Source: an uncultured bacterium
GTDB lineage: Bacteria > Actinomycetota > Thermoleophilia > Solirubrobacterales > 70-9
Assembly: GCA_963758865.1 (NCBI GenBank)
Contig: CAVWWY010000014.1
Span: 39,581-103,580 of the forward strand
Reading direction: 5' to 3'
Length of the DNA: 64,000 nucleotides
The first letter of the stretch is position 1, and every line of letters begins with the position of its first letter. Both the position numbers and the translations under genes were made by a program. The notes under the pieces are model-generated. The model had not been told where the DNA came from, made no database searches, and saw only the letters and a program-made list of their open reading frames with translations. This document shows positions 8,831 through 19,523 of this stretch, one piece after another.

Positions 8831-9342
8831 ATGGATGGCGCGGTCGACCTCGAGTCCGGCGTTCGAATACGCACCTCCCCGCGGCGAAGCGACGTCGAGG
8901 CGGTCGCGGATCTGCACGCCCGCCTCTACCAGGCGGAGGACGGCTTCGGCCCACGGTTCGTCGAGTACGCGACGGTGGGCGTCGCGAAGCTGCTCGACTC
9001 CCTGGAGGAAGACGGGCGGGCGGGTCGGCTGTGGCTAGTCGACTCGGGCGGGCAAGTAGAGGGCTCGATCGCGATCGTCCGCGCGGCACCCGGTGCCGCC
9101 CAGCTGCGCTGGTTCCTGCTCGCGCCCGAGCTTCGTGGCCAGGGGCTCGGGCGCCGGCTGCTCACCGAGGCTCTGGCCTATGCCGACACGAGGGATACGA
9201 ATCCGTGTTCCTGCTGACGGTGAAGGGACTGGACCGGGCGGCGAAGCTCTACCGGAGGGCCGGGTTCGCTCTCACCCGCGAGTGGACCGGCACCTCGTGG
9301 GGCGACCCGATGGTCGAGCAGCGGTACGACCTGCGGCTTTAG
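8831..9342 (+). pseudogene. GNAT-family N-acetyltransferase; one frame break
   Basis: Acetyl-CoA motif LRWFLLAPELRGQGLGRRLL in ORF 8831-9217. The C-terminus GYESVFLLTVKGLDRAAKLYRRAGF is in ORF 8818-9342. Break near 9190 at a GGG run. Confidence 0.75.
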
Positions 9343-11649
9343 CTCGAGACCGTCTCCCGAGTGTCCCTGGGCTGCGAGGAAAGGCGGACCGGAGCCGCAC
9401 TCAGCGCCCGCAGTCGCATGTCCGACCAGGTGAGCCCCTCGCGAACCAGAGCGGGCAGGCCGAGCGTGACCGCGGTCGCGATCTCCACCGCCTGCAGGAT
9501 GACGCCGTAGGCAAGCGCGTCGGCGGCGCCGACGCCGAAGCCGGTGGTCAGGACGCTGATCACGGCGAGCTGGAAGACCCCGATGTTCGACGGGGTCGCG
9601 GGCACTACCGCCGTGACGTTGACGGCGAACAGAACCGCAGCAGCCGCGCCGATCCCCACCGAGCGCAATCCCAGGGCCTCGAACAGCGCGGCGCAGGCGA
9701 GGAGCTGGATCCCCCAGGCGACCAGCTGCGCCCCGGCGGCCACCGGTCCACGACGCGGATCGCGGAACACGTGGAGCCCAGTGCGCACGCGAAGCAGGGC
9801 TGCGCGCACCGTGCCGATGACGCGCGCGACCCGCCCTGAGCCGCCCTGGCGCACGACGACCGGCGCGAGCAGAACCGCGATCAGCAGCACCACCGGGGCC
9901 AAGCTGAACAGGAAGAGGCGCTGTGAGCTCGAGTGGAAGAGGTCCGTGGAGGCCACGATGATCACCCCGAGCAGCGCCAGCGCAACGATGTTCAACACCG
10001 TCTGCGACACGAGCGTCCCGAGCAGCACCGGGAACGTCTCCCGCATCCGTCCGGTGCGCCGGGCAAGCACCATCGCGCGGGCGGGCTCGCCCAGACGAGC
10101 CGGGAGGGTCGCCGACATCAGGACTCCGATCATCGTCGCCGAGGTCACGTCTCGACGCCTCAACGGCATACGGGGCAACGCCGAGCGCGCGATCGCGAGC
10201 CACGACACGGCTCGCATGATCATCGAGCCCATCATCAAGGCGGTGGCGATCAGGACCCAGCCCGCGTCTGAGCGGACGATGCTCTCGACGACGTTCTGAA
10301 GGCCGATCTTGTTCGCCGCCAGAACGGACAGACCGACGCCCAGCATCCCGGCTACTCCAAGCCCGACCCGCCGGGCGACCCGGTGGCGCGTGGCGGCCTG
10401 AGCCGGCGCCGGATCCAGCGAGGGGAGCCGGCTCGGGGGCCGTCGCGGAGCGCCGTCGATCGGGGCCAGACCCATTCGCCGGGCGACGTGATCGACCGCG
10501 GTCCCGGGCTCCGGGGCGCGACGGGCCTTCTCGTAGACCTGTTCCACCTGCTCGGCGACGCGCGGCCACGCATACCGTTCGGCGCTCTCCCGAGCCGACC
10601 GCCCCATCGCCTCGCGGCGGGCAGGCTCGAGGTAGAGGCGCTGGAGCTCCTCGGCGAGTCGCTGGGGATCCGCCGGCGGCACGAGGACGCCATCCGTTCC
10701 GTCCGTGACCACGTCCGAGTAGCCCGCGATCTCCGACGCGATCACGGGGGTGCCGGCGGCGAAGGCCTCGGTCAGGACCATGCCGAAGCTCTCGCCCGCC
10801 AGCGACGGCGCGCAGAGGACGTCGGCGTCGTGGAGTCGTCGCCAGAGGGCATCCCCCGAGACCCGTCCGAGCGTCTCGATGCTCGCCTCGGTGGCCGGGT
10901 CGGGGACGTATCGCTTCACGTCGTCGGGAGTCGCACCGATCAGTGTGAGACGGGCGGGCACGTGCTCGATCAGGCCCTCGAATGCCCGCAGCAGCACCGG
11001 CAGCCCCTTGCGTTCCTCGGAGCGGCCCACGAAGAGCACCCTCAGCTCCGACGAGTCGGGCTTGGGGCCGGAGGGGGGCGCATCGACGTCGACGCCGTTG
11101 GGGATGACGTGATAGTCGCCGCCGAACCAGCGCCGTCCGGTCCACTCGGCCGCCTCCGAGACGGCGATGCGGGCGCTCAGCTGGTTGAACTTGCGACGCG
11201 CTCCGAGCAGGTTCGCGATCCCATTCGGCACCCGCTTGGTGGAATAGGCGTGGAAGGTGCCGACCACCGGAGCGCCTCTGAACGAGCAGGCATCCCAGCT
11301 GAGCGTCGGCGCCGGGGGCTCGTGGACGTGGACGACGTCGAAGCGTCCCGCGCGTCAGCTCGCGCCGCATCGTCGCGACCGCCGAGGGGAACACGGAAAG
11401 GTTGGAGACCGCTCCATTGGCGCCGATGCCGACCGTGCGCAACAGCGGGATCAGGTAGTCGGGGCGCTCGCGACCGTCGGCCTCGGCGCGGTGAAGCACC
11501 CGGCTGAGCCGGTCTGGGGGATCCCAGGGGGCGAGCACCCGCACCTCGTGCCCGCGGTCGATCAACGCCTCGGCAAGCGACTCGACGTGGCGGTTTACAC
11601 CGCCCGCGTAGGTCCACGAGTAGGGGCTGACGATCGCGATGCGCATCAA
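9339..11649 (-). pseudogene. GT4 glycosyltransferase fused to a UPF0104/lysylphosphatidylglycerol-synthase-like transmembrane domain; one frame break
   Basis: N-terminus MRIAIVSPYSWTYAGGVNRHVESLAEAL in ORF 9178-11649. The rest is in ORF 9339-11267: FVGRSEERKGL, APSLAGESFGMVLTEAFAAGTPVIAS (GT4 E-x7-E region), then about 300 aa of multi-TM sequence. Break near 11347. Confidence 0.8.
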
Positions 11650-11793
11650 ATTGATCCGGGTTCCTTTGAGGGCATGGTTATGTGCGAAAGCCCGCCTTTG
11701 GGCCGCTCAGGCGGGCGGCTGACCAGTGGTCAAGAGCAATCTTCGAGGTCGGGGCGGACCAGCCTGCAAGCGTGAAAACCGGTGATACGCACC

Positions 11794-13739
11794 TTACAAG
11801 AAGGGCCCGCCGTGGTTACGCCGGGCCTGCGCCCCATGCGTGGGCGTGGCCCAGGCGAGCCCGGCCGTGGCCCCCACGAATGCCATGCCCAGGATCAGCA
11901 GTAGGGCCCCGGAGTCGTTGACGAGCATCGCGACGAGGGTCGCGGCGACTGCGCCGAGCAGTCCGGCCCACGCGATGCGGCGCTCGCCGAACCAGCCTCG
12001 GATCCTGCGTCGTTGCGCGACGCCCACGACCAGCGCCGCCACCGCCAGCCACAGCATCACCGTCGGCGCGTAGCGCTCGAAGCTGTCCACGGAGAGCTGG
12101 AGCCTCCGCTGGACGACCTCGGAGAGCTGATCGAAGCCGCCGGCGCGAAGGACGGAGCGGGTGAGGTGCGCGTCACCCCCGCTGGCGAGGTCGGCGACGA
12201 TCAGCGCCGCCAGGGCCGCCAGCGGCGCCGCGATCAGGAGCGCGAGCCGCCGCCGTCCGGCATCCAGGCAGGCGCCGATCGCCACCGCGGCGCCGATCGG
12301 GATCACGATCGCCGCGCCAACGTCGGCGCCGAAACGCCCGGGGGCGAAGGCGACGACGGCGAGGGTCGCGGTCGCTCCGAAGGCGAGGGCGGCATCCCGC
12401 CGAGAGGCCCTGGGCGCCCACGCCACGAGGGCGGCGCCGGTGGCGATCGGGACCAGCGTTGAGACGGTCGCCTCCAGCTCGTTGCCGATCCCGTAGAAGC
12501 GCACCCCGGCGGCCGGGTTGGGGCCGATCAGGGAGAGCTCGGTCAGGTGCGATCCGGCGATCACGTCCACGGCATATCCGGACACGGAGACCGCGCCGGC
12601 GATCGCCAGCGCGCCGAACGGGGAGACGAGCAGCAGGCTGAGGACGGCCAGCGCCGGGGAGCCGGCGCCGACGATCCATCGCTCGGCCGGCTCGCTTGGC
12701 TCCAGGGCCGCGGTGAGCAGCAGAAGCGCGGGAAGGTAGGCGACGGCCACGGCCAGCACCGCGAAGCGCCACGCGCAGGCCGCGGCGCCCGAATGCGATT
12801 CCGGCGAGCCCGGTGAGCGCGACCCAGACCAGCAGGTTGACCCCCACCACGGGCGCGCGGCGTGGGCCAATCGCCGCCATCCTGTCCGCGAGTCGACCCA
12901 GGAATGCGGGGTCCACCCCGCCCTCGCCCCGGATCGGCTCCCCGCTCATCCGGCTCGGAACCGGTAGGCCGAGGCGACCGAGCACCGTCGGTGCGACGTC
13001 GATCGACAGCACGTATCCGCGCATCCGGGTCGAGTCCGAGGTCAGCGTCCCGCTGAGGCCACGGCCGGCGATGCCGAGCGCGAGGGCTTGGTTCTCGGCC
13101 GGCGGGGGGCGCTCGATCGCGATCAACAGGTCGTCGCCGATGGAGGGCCCCGGCGAGCGTTCTCAGATCCGGAAGGCCGGTCCGCACGACGTCGACGCGG
13201 TCACAGCTCTCCTCCCCACAGCGCTCGGGCGGCGGCAAGCGGCCCGCCCCGTCGGCGACCATCGCGATGCCAAGGCCCTGGTGGTCGACGCGGGCGCCCG
13301 CGCGCCCGGCGCGAAGGGCCGATCCGAGCAGGCCGGGAACGAGGTCGGCGGGTACCCCGCCTGCGCGCCGGCGCACCCTCTCCCACACCGGCGCCGGGAC
13401 CCGGGTCGGGCGGCCTCCGGGGACGCCATGGATCGCCGGCAGCGGCTCGTCGTAGAGCGACGACGCAACCCGCGCGCCCTGCCCGATGTCGACGTAGGTC
13501 TGCCCGGGTGAAACGTTGCCGATCCCGGCGCTCATCAGCCCCACCGCCATGCCGGGAACCCCGGCCAGCTCCGCCGGCGTCGTGCGAGCGGGCACCACCG
13601 CGATGGTGATTTCCGTCCGATCGCAGCCGACGTGACAGGCGGTCGGGGCCGCCACCGCCGTCGTCGCCGACATGAGGACCGCAACCACTACCATCGCGGC
13701 GATGCCCGATCGCACGTTCGCCAAGTTCACCTTTCTCAA
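11794..13739 (-). pseudogene. Large integral membrane protein of unknown function (extracytoplasmic N-terminal domain plus polytopic C-terminus); two frame breaks
   Basis: Signal/anchor IAAMVVVAVLMSATTAVAA (ORF 12561-13739), middle part in ORF 12173-13126, multi-TM C-terminus in ORF 11794-12870. No family recognised from sequence alone. Confidence 0.55.
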
Positions 13740-14403
13740 GCTCGACCCCGCGTGGCAGCGCCGCGATCCCGAGGCGCGCGCGGAGGATAAACGGGAGTTC
13801 CTCGCCGCCTGCGAGGACTTCGTGGAGGATCGCTCGCTTCGCGCCTACTCCACGGTGGGCACGCGTGGCGACACCGACCTCCTCCTGCTCTCCCAAAGCC
13901 CCGACCTCGAGGACATCCACACCTTCCACGTGGTGCTGTCGCAGAGCGGGCTCGCGAAGTGGATGGCGATTCCACACTCCTACCTGGCCATGACCAAGCG
14001 GTCCCCTTACTCGGACTCGGAGGCCCGGCCCGAGCTCTGCACGTCGGACCGTCGCTACCTGTTCGTCTACCCGTTCGAGAAAAAGCGGGAGTGGTACCGC
14101 CTGCCGGCCTCCGAGCGGCAGCGGATCATGAGCGATCACATCGCGATCGGCCGCCGCTATCCCGAGATCGCGATCAACACCGCGTACTCATTCGGGCTGG
14201 ACGATCAGGAGTTCGTGGTCAGCTTCGAGGCCGACGAGCCCGGAATGTTCCTGGACCTGGTGCAGGAGCTCCGGGGGTCCGAGTCGAGCTCGTACACGCT
14301 CCGGGACACCCCGATCTTCACCTGCGTCGCGATGTCCACCGCGAAGGCGCTCGACGCGCTCGATGGCGCCGCGACGGCACGGGGCGACCCCGTGCTCTCC
14401 TGA
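13702..14403 (+). CDS. hemQ: Coproheme decarboxylase (chlorite dismutase-family HemQ/ChdC)
   Basis: Typical HemQ sequence: FAKFTFLKLDP, YLFVYPFEKKREWYRLP, ERQRIMSDHIAIGRRYPEIAINTAYSFGLDDQEFVVSFE. Start at the second ATG of ORF 13672-14403. Confidence 0.85.
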   Translation: MPDRTFAKFTFLKLDPAWQRRDPEARAEDKREFLAACEDFVEDRSLRAYSTVGTRGDTDLLLLSQSPDLEDIHTFHVVLSQSGLAKWMAIPHSYLAMTKRSPYSDSEARPELCTSDRRYLFVYPFEKKREWYRLPASERQRIMSDHIAIGRRYPEIAINTAYSFGLDDQEFVVSFEADEPGMFLDLVQELRGSESSSYTLRDTPIFTCVAMSTAKALDALDGAATARGDPVLS

Positions 14404-14438
14404 GGCCGACGGCCCTCCGGCACTAGAGTTCCCGCGTC

Positions 14439-15860
14439 ATGGGCGACCGACCGGGCAGTGCAGAGAACCCGCTGCGGGTGGCGATCGTCGGCTCCGGGCC
14501 GGCCGGCTTCTATGCGGCCGAGCATCTCTTGCGACAGGAGGAGCTTGCCACCGAGGTGGACGTCTTCGACCGCCTGCCCACCCCGTTCGGGCTGGTGCGG
14601 GCGGGAGTGGCCCCGGACCACCCCAAGATCAAGTCGGTGATCCGCGTCTACGAGAAGACCGCGGCGCGCGAGGGGTTCCGGTTCTTCGGCAACGTCGAGA
14701 TCGACCGTCAGCTGAACGCGGCGGAGCTCGCCCAGCGCTATCACGCCGTGGTCTACGCATACGGCGCCGCCACCGATCGGCACCTGGGGATTCCGGGCGA
14801 GGATCTCCCGGGATCGCATCCGGCTACCGCATTCGTCGCCTGGTACAACGCGCATCCCGACTTCGCAGATGCCACGTTCGACCTCGCCTGCGAGCGGGCG
14901 CTCGTGATCGGCAACGGCAACGTCGCCACCGACGTCGCCCGCATGCTGGCCCTGACTCGCGAGGAGCTGGCGATGACCGACACCGCGGATCACGCAATCG
15001 ATCCGCTCGCCGAGTGCGAGATCCGCGAGATCGTGGTCCTCGGGCGGCGCGGTCCGGTCCAGGCGGCGTTCACTAACCCGGAGCTGCGCGAGCTCGGTGA
15101 GATGCTGGACGCCGACATCGACGTGGATCCGGCGGAGGTCGAGCTCGATGAGCTGAGCCACTCGTTTCTCGAATCCGACGGGGCAGACATCACCACCCGC
15201 AAGAACGTCGAGATCTTCACCGAGTTCTCGCAGCGCCAGCCGGAGCACAAGCGAAAGCGCATCGCGCTGCGCTTCCTGCGCTCCCCCATCGAGATCCAGG
15301 GCGACGGGAGGGTCGAGCGGGTCGTCGTGGCGCATAACGAGCTCTACCGTGACGAGTCCGGGGCGATCCGCGCCCGCGACACGGGGGAGCGGGAGACGAT
15401 CGAGTGCGGCCTCGTCTTCCGTTCGATCGGATACGCCGGCGTCGGCCTCGAGGGAATCCCCTTCGACGATCGACGCGCGGTGATCCCGAACCAGGGGGGC
15501 CGGGTCGTCGACCTCGAAAGCGGCGAGCAGGTCCCGGGCCACTACGCCGTGGGGTGGATCAAGCGGGGGCCCTCCGGGGTGATCGGTACGAACAAGAAGG
15601 ACGCACAGGAGACGGTCGACAACCTGATCGAGGACGCCAAGGCGGGCCGGATTCCGTCACCGGGGCTGGCGGGCGATCGCTCGGCCATCGTCGAGCTCCT
15701 GGACGAGCGCGCCCCTGACTTCGTCAGCTATCAGGGATGGGAGGCGATCGACCACGCGGAGCGCGAGCGGGGCAAGCCCCTTGGCCGCCCGCGGGTGAAG
15801 TTCGTGCGAATCGACGAGATGGTCGAGGCCGCCCGGGCGGGCGCCCCGCTGTCGAGCTGA
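14439..15860 (+). CDS. fprA: Ferredoxin-NADP+ reductase, adrenodoxin-reductase type (FprA-like)
   Basis: FAD Rossmann motif VAIVGSGPAGFYAA, PTPFGLVRAGVAPDHPKIK, NADP-site VIGNGNVATDVAR, WIKRGPSGVIGTNK. Intact 473 aa. Confidence 0.9.
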   Translation: MGDRPGSAENPLRVAIVGSGPAGFYAAEHLLRQEELATEVDVFDRLPTPFGLVRAGVAPDHPKIKSVIRVYEKTAAREGFRFFGNVEIDRQLNAAELAQRYHAVVYAYGAATDRHLGIPGEDLPGSHPATAFVAWYNAHPDFADATFDLACERALVIGNGNVATDVARMLALTREELAMTDTADHAIDPLAECEIREIVVLGRRGPVQAAFTNPELRELGEMLDADIDVDPAEVELDELSHSFLESDGADITTRKNVEIFTEFSQRQPEHKRKRIALRFLRSPIEIQGDGRVERVVVAHNELYRDESGAIRARDTGERETIECGLVFRSIGYAGVGLEGIPFDDRRAVIPNQGGRVVDLESGEQVPGHYAVGWIKRGPSGVIGTNKKDAQETVDNLIEDAKAGRIPSPGLAGDRSAIVELLDERAPDFVSYQGWEAIDHAERERGKPLGRPRVKFVRIDEMVEAARAGAPLSS

Positions 15861-16102
15861 CGAGGGACGAAGTGGCCGATCTGGCCGAAATCGAGCGAAT
15901 GATCGCCGAGGCGCTGCCGGGGGCCGAGGTGGAAATCGTCGACGAGACGGGGGGCGGCGACCATCTCCGGGCCACCGTCCGCGCGCCGCAGTTCGCGGGC
16001 CGCAGCAGAATCGACCAGCACCGGATGGTTCGGGCGGCGGTTCAACCGCGCATGGACGACGGCTCGATCCACGCGCTGTCGATCAGCGCCGAGCCCCTGT
16101 GA
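15857..16102 (+). CDS. BolA-family protein (start codon uncertain)
   Basis: IERMIAEALPGAEVEIVDETGGGDHLRATVRAPQFAGRSRIDQHRMVRAAV..IHALSI fits the BolA fold signature. No canonical start lies upstream of ATG 15899 in frame. CTG 15857 overlaps the fprA stop. Confidence 0.7.
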   Translation: MTRDEVADLAEIERMIAEALPGAEVEIVDETGGGDHLRATVRAPQFAGRSRIDQHRMVRAAVQPRMDDGSIHALSISAEPL

Positions 16103-16202
16103 TCGTCTCCCGCACGTCGATGGCCGAATGGCGTTCGTCCATTCGACCGAATTCGGCCTTCGGCGACCCGAGGCCGCCGGTTGGAGTCGTTAAGGTGAGT
16201 GC

Positions 16203-16601
16203 ATGGCTTCCAATCCAGAGTTGAAGCAGAAGGTCGAGGAGCTCCTTCGCGAGAACGAGGTGCTCCTGTTCATGAAGGGCACCCCCGAGGCGCCGCGGTG
16301 CGGCTTCTCGATGCGGGTCGTCGGGGTCCTGGAGCAGCTCGGCGTCGAGTACGGGGCCGTGGACGTCCTGCCGCTGCTCGACCCGCTGCGGGAGGTGACG
16401 GGCGAGCTCGCGGACTGGAGGACCTTCCCCCAGCTGTACGCGCACGGTGAGCTGGTGGGTGGCTGCGACCTCGTCGAGGAGATGATGGAGACAGGCGAGC
16501 TGGCGGAGCTGCTCAAGGTCGAGCAACCACAGAACGTCGAGGCACCCGCGCCGCCCGAGCCATCGGACCCACAGCAGAGCCCGCCGCTTCAGATCGGCTG
16601 A
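16203..16601 (+). CDS. grxD: Monothiol glutaredoxin (Grx4/GrxD type, CGFS active site)
   Basis: VLLFMKGTPEAPRCGFSMRVVGVL ... TFPQLYAHGELVGGCD is the canonical CGFS Grx. It has a Pro-rich C-terminal tail. Confidence 0.9.
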   Translation: MASNPELKQKVEELLRENEVLLFMKGTPEAPRCGFSMRVVGVLEQLGVEYGAVDVLPLLDPLREVTGELADWRTFPQLYAHGELVGGCDLVEEMMETGELAELLKVEQPQNVEAPAPPEPSDPQQSPPLQIG

Positions 16602-16976
16602 TCAGACGGTGGCGGCGCGCTCGGCGGCGTCGTCGCGAACCTGAAACGACGATCCGCATCCGCAGGCCGCAACCACATTGGGGTTGTTGACCACGAAGCC
16701 TGCGCCCTGGAGGCCGTCGACGAAGTCGACCTCGGAGCCGAACACGAACTGCATGCTCACCTTGTCGACGACGACCGCGACGCCCTGGTGCTCAAACACG
16801 TGGTCGTCCTCCTTGGCCTGGTCGAGGGCGAGCGCGTACTGGAAGCCGGAACACCCTCCCCCCCGTACCGAAACTCGGAGCGCCTGCTCGGAGGCGTTCT
16901 CGTTGGCGGCGAGCAGGTCCTTGATCTTGCCCGCGGCCTTGTCGGTCAGGTTGATCGCCGTCGGTGCGGTATCCAT
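16602..16976 (-). CDS. erpA: Iron-sulfur cluster insertion protein (A-type carrier, ErpA/IscA/HesB family)
   Basis: LRVSVRGGGCSGFQY and C-terminal CGCGSSF cysteine motif. 124 aa. Confidence 0.9.
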   Translation of the reverse strand: MDTAPTAINLTDKAAGKIKDLLAANENASEQALRVSVRGGGCSGFQYALALDQAKEDDHVFEHQGVAVVVDKVSMQFVFGSEVDFVDGLQGAGFVVNNPNVVAACGCGSSFQVRDDAAERAATV

Positions 16977-16994
16977 AGTCCTGGATTGTAGAGG

Positions 16995-17240
16995 TCAATC
17001 CGGGTACTTCCAGTCGAGGAACTGGAGGATCCGCTTGGAGTCACAAACGACCTCGTCGCCATCGACCAGCACGGGGACCCGCCGCTGTCTCGTGAGCTCC
17101 TCGATTTCGGGGCGATTCGCGCGCCTGTACGGGACCCGTTCGGTCCTGTACCCGACGCCGAGCTTCTCCAGGCGCCTGGCCACGGCGCCGCAGGGGCAGA
17201 GGACGTTGGTCCGGTTCGGGCACCGGTAGAGGACGATCAT
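16995..17240 (-). CDS. Glutaredoxin-like / GST-N thioredoxin-fold protein
   Basis: MIVLYRCPNRTNVLCPCGAVARRLEKLGVGY...VPVLVDGDEVVCDSKRILQFL. Its ATG overlaps the upstream stop (ATGA), suggesting translational coupling with the SDR gene. Confidence 0.7.
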   Translation of the reverse strand: MIVLYRCPNRTNVLCPCGAVARRLEKLGVGYRTERVPYRRANRPEIEELTRQRRVPVLVDGDEVVCDSKRILQFLDWKYPD

Positions 17241-18295
17241 GGCTCCAGCACCCGCGCTCCGAGGCGGACCAGGGGCGCGATCAGGGCGAGCGCGGCCTCC
17301 TCGGGCCCTCGGCCGGTTCGCACACGGTCGCCGAGCTGGTCCATCTGCCACCGCACCGCGTCCTCGAGCGTCTCCTCGTGCGGCCGGGGCTCGAACCCAA
17401 GCGCGCGACGGGCCTTGGTGTTCCGATAGGTCCACCACTGCGAGGCCGAGCGCACTTCATCCGGCGAGATCGTCGTCGACAGGCCGGTCCGCGCCATCGC
17501 CCGGACCGCCAGTGCAGTCGTGGCCGCGGGAAGCCTCACGGGCACCTGAGCGCGACCGGAGATCCGGGCGAAGTCGGCGAACAGGCGGTCGAGCGTGAAG
17601 TTCCTGCCGGCGAGGATGTAGCGCTCCCCCGTCTCACCCTTCTCGTCGGCCAGCAGGTGACCCCGCGCGACATCGCGGACGTCGACGATGTTCAGCCCTC
17701 CTTCCACGTAGGCGGGGATCCGTCCGAGCAGAAAGCGACGCACGAGTCCCATCGAGGTCCCCTTCGGATCGTCGGGCCCCAGGACGAACGAGGGGTTGAC
17801 GATCACCACCGAGAGCCCGCGCGCGGCCAGCCGAAGCGCCTCGACCTCCGACTCGTGCTTGGAGTTGACGTACGCGATGCCGAGGTCTCCCGCGCGAAAC
17901 GGCTGCGCTTCATCCGCCGTCCCCCCGCGCTTCGCCGGGCCGATCGCCGCCACCGATGAGGCGTGGACCACCCGGCCCACCTCGGCGGCCAGGGCCTCCC
18001 CGAGAACGGTGCGGGTCCCTCGCACGTTCAGGTCGAAGACCCTGTCGCGATCCTGAGCTCGCATCGACGTCGAGCCGGCCAGATGGAAGACGCGCTCCAC
18101 CCCCTGCATGGCCTTCCCAACGGAGGCCCGGTTGAGCACATCGCCGGCGACCCGCTCGAACTCCAGGTCCGACAGGTGGTCGACCGTCGACCCGCGCCGC
18201 AGGAGCAGCCGCAGCTCGTCGCCGCGCGCCGCCAGCGCTCGAACCACGTGCGAGCCCAGGAAGCCGCTACCGCCGGTGACGAGCGTCTTGGCCAC
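17237..18295 (-). CDS. NAD-dependent epimerase/dehydratase-family SDR (dihydroflavonol-4-reductase-like)
   Basis: TGGSGFLGSHVVRAL Rossmann motif, YVNSKHESE (YxxxK). Intact 352 aa. Confidence 0.85.
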   Translation of the reverse strand: MAKTLVTGGSGFLGSHVVRALAARGDELRLLLRRGSTVDHLSDLEFERVAGDVLNRASVGKAMQGVERVFHLAGSTSMRAQDRDRVFDLNVRGTRTVLGEALAAEVGRVVHASSVAAIGPAKRGGTADEAQPFRAGDLGIAYVNSKHESEVEALRLAARGLSVVIVNPSFVLGPDDPKGTSMGLVRRFLLGRIPAYVEGGLNIVDVRDVARGHLLADEKGETGERYILAGRNFTLDRLFADFARISGRAQVPVRLPAATTALAVRAMARTGLSTTISPDEVRSASQWWTYRNTKARRALGFEPRPHEETLEDAVRWQMDQLGDRVRTGRGPEEAALALIAPLVRLGARVLEP

Positions 18296-18331
18296 GAGCT
18301 ACGGGATGGTAAGCCGTGATACAAGGGGTCG

Positions 18332-19213
18332 GTGAGCCCCGGCCCCACCACCGCCGTCGTCACGGACACGACGGCGTACCTGCCGGACGGGATCGTCGCG
18401 GCCAAGGACATCCATCGCGTGAGCCTCTACGTGTCGCTCGAGGGCGAGCAGCGACCGGAGATCGAGATCGCGGAATCCGAGTACGCCGAGTTCTACGAGC
18501 GCCTGCGCCACAGCGACGAGGGGGCGACCACGTCGCAGCCGTCGGTCGGCGACTTCACCTCCATGTACGCGCCGCTCTTGGCCGAGGGCAGGGAGATCGT
18601 CTCGATTCACCTCTCGGCCGGCATCTCCGGCACCTACGAGTCGGCGCGGCAGGCTCGGCAGCGACTCGTGGACGAGGGCGGCGGGGGCGAGCGGATCCAC
18701 GTATACGACAGCCGCTCCGCCGCTGGCGGCCAGGGGCTGGTGGTGCTGGCGGCGGCGGCGGCGACCGCAGCCGGCGCGAGCGGAGCCGACGCGCTCGCGG
18801 CGGCCGAGCGGTGCCGTGAGAGCCTCGAGATGTGGTTCGCGATCGACACCCTCGAGTACCTGCGCAAGGGAGGCCGGATCGGCGCGGCCCAGGCGTGGCT
18901 CGGGTCGGCGCTTCAGATCAAGCCGATCCTCACGCTGATGGAGGAGATCACCCCGGTCGAGCGGGTGCGCACGCGTCGTCGGGCGCTGGAGCGAATGGCC
19001 GAGTACGCGCGTCAGCGACATGCCGACGGCGCGGATGGCTGGGTGGTGCAGCACATCCAGGACCACGAGGCGGCTCGGCGCCTCGTGGAGCAGGGCCGGG
19101 AGACGTTCGGCTGCGATCCGGTCTTCGTCTCGGAGGTCGGCCCGGTGCTCGGAGCCCATGTGGGGCCCGGCCTGCTCGGGGTGGGCGGCGTCCCCACGCA
19201 GGCCCTCGGATAG
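18332..19213 (+). CDS. DegV-family fatty-acid-binding protein
   Basis: VVTDTTAYLP, TSQPSVGDF, IHLSAGISGTYESA, LEYLRKGGRIG. Typical DegV layout, 293 aa. Confidence 0.85.
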   Translation: MSPGPTTAVVTDTTAYLPDGIVAAKDIHRVSLYVSLEGEQRPEIEIAESEYAEFYERLRHSDEGATTSQPSVGDFTSMYAPLLAEGREIVSIHLSAGISGTYESARQARQRLVDEGGGGERIHVYDSRSAAGGQGLVVLAAAAATAAGASGADALAAAERCRESLEMWFAIDTLEYLRKGGRIGAAQAWLGSALQIKPILTLMEEITPVERVRTRRRALERMAEYARQRHADGADGWVVQHIQDHEAARRLVEQGRETFGCDPVFVSEVGPVLGAHVGPGLLGVGGVPTQALG

Positions 19214-19250
19214 GCAGCCCGGGCCGCCCGACCATCGCGGTCCGCTTCGG

Positions 19251-19523
19251 CTAGCGCCTTCGAAGCGCGATCATGCCGCCGATCGCGAACCCGACGACCG
19301 CGGCCCCGATCGCCAGCTCCCGCCGGTGTGCGCGGATCTGACGGCGCCAGTCGGTGAGCTCAGTCACGCGCCCGCGAAGCGCCTCGACCGAGCGCCCGAG
19401 CTCGCCGCGCTGGCGCTCGATGTCGGACCGGATCTGATCGGAGCTGCGCCCCGGCGCTCCGGGGGCGGCGCGCCCTACCGGCTCGCCCGCCCCGGTCACG
19501 TAGATGTCCTGCGTCTCGCTCAC
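19251..19523 (-). CDS. DUF3618-like small membrane-anchored protein
   Basis: SDQIRSDIERQRGELGRSVEALRGRV, then a C-terminal TM segment IGAAVVGFAIGGMI. GTG start overlaps the upstream stop (GTGA). Confidence 0.6.
   Translation of the reverse strand: MSETQDIYVTGAGEPVGRAAPGAPGRSSDQIRSDIERQRGELGRSVEALRGRVTELTDWRRQIRAHRRELAIGAAVVGFAIGGMIALRRR

Noticed and set aside
9178-11649. 823-aa ORF read as a single protein.
   Set aside because: Only its first 100 or so residues show GT4 homology. The rest is Arg/Pro-rich shadow sequence. True homology continues in ORF 9339-11267 after a frame break.
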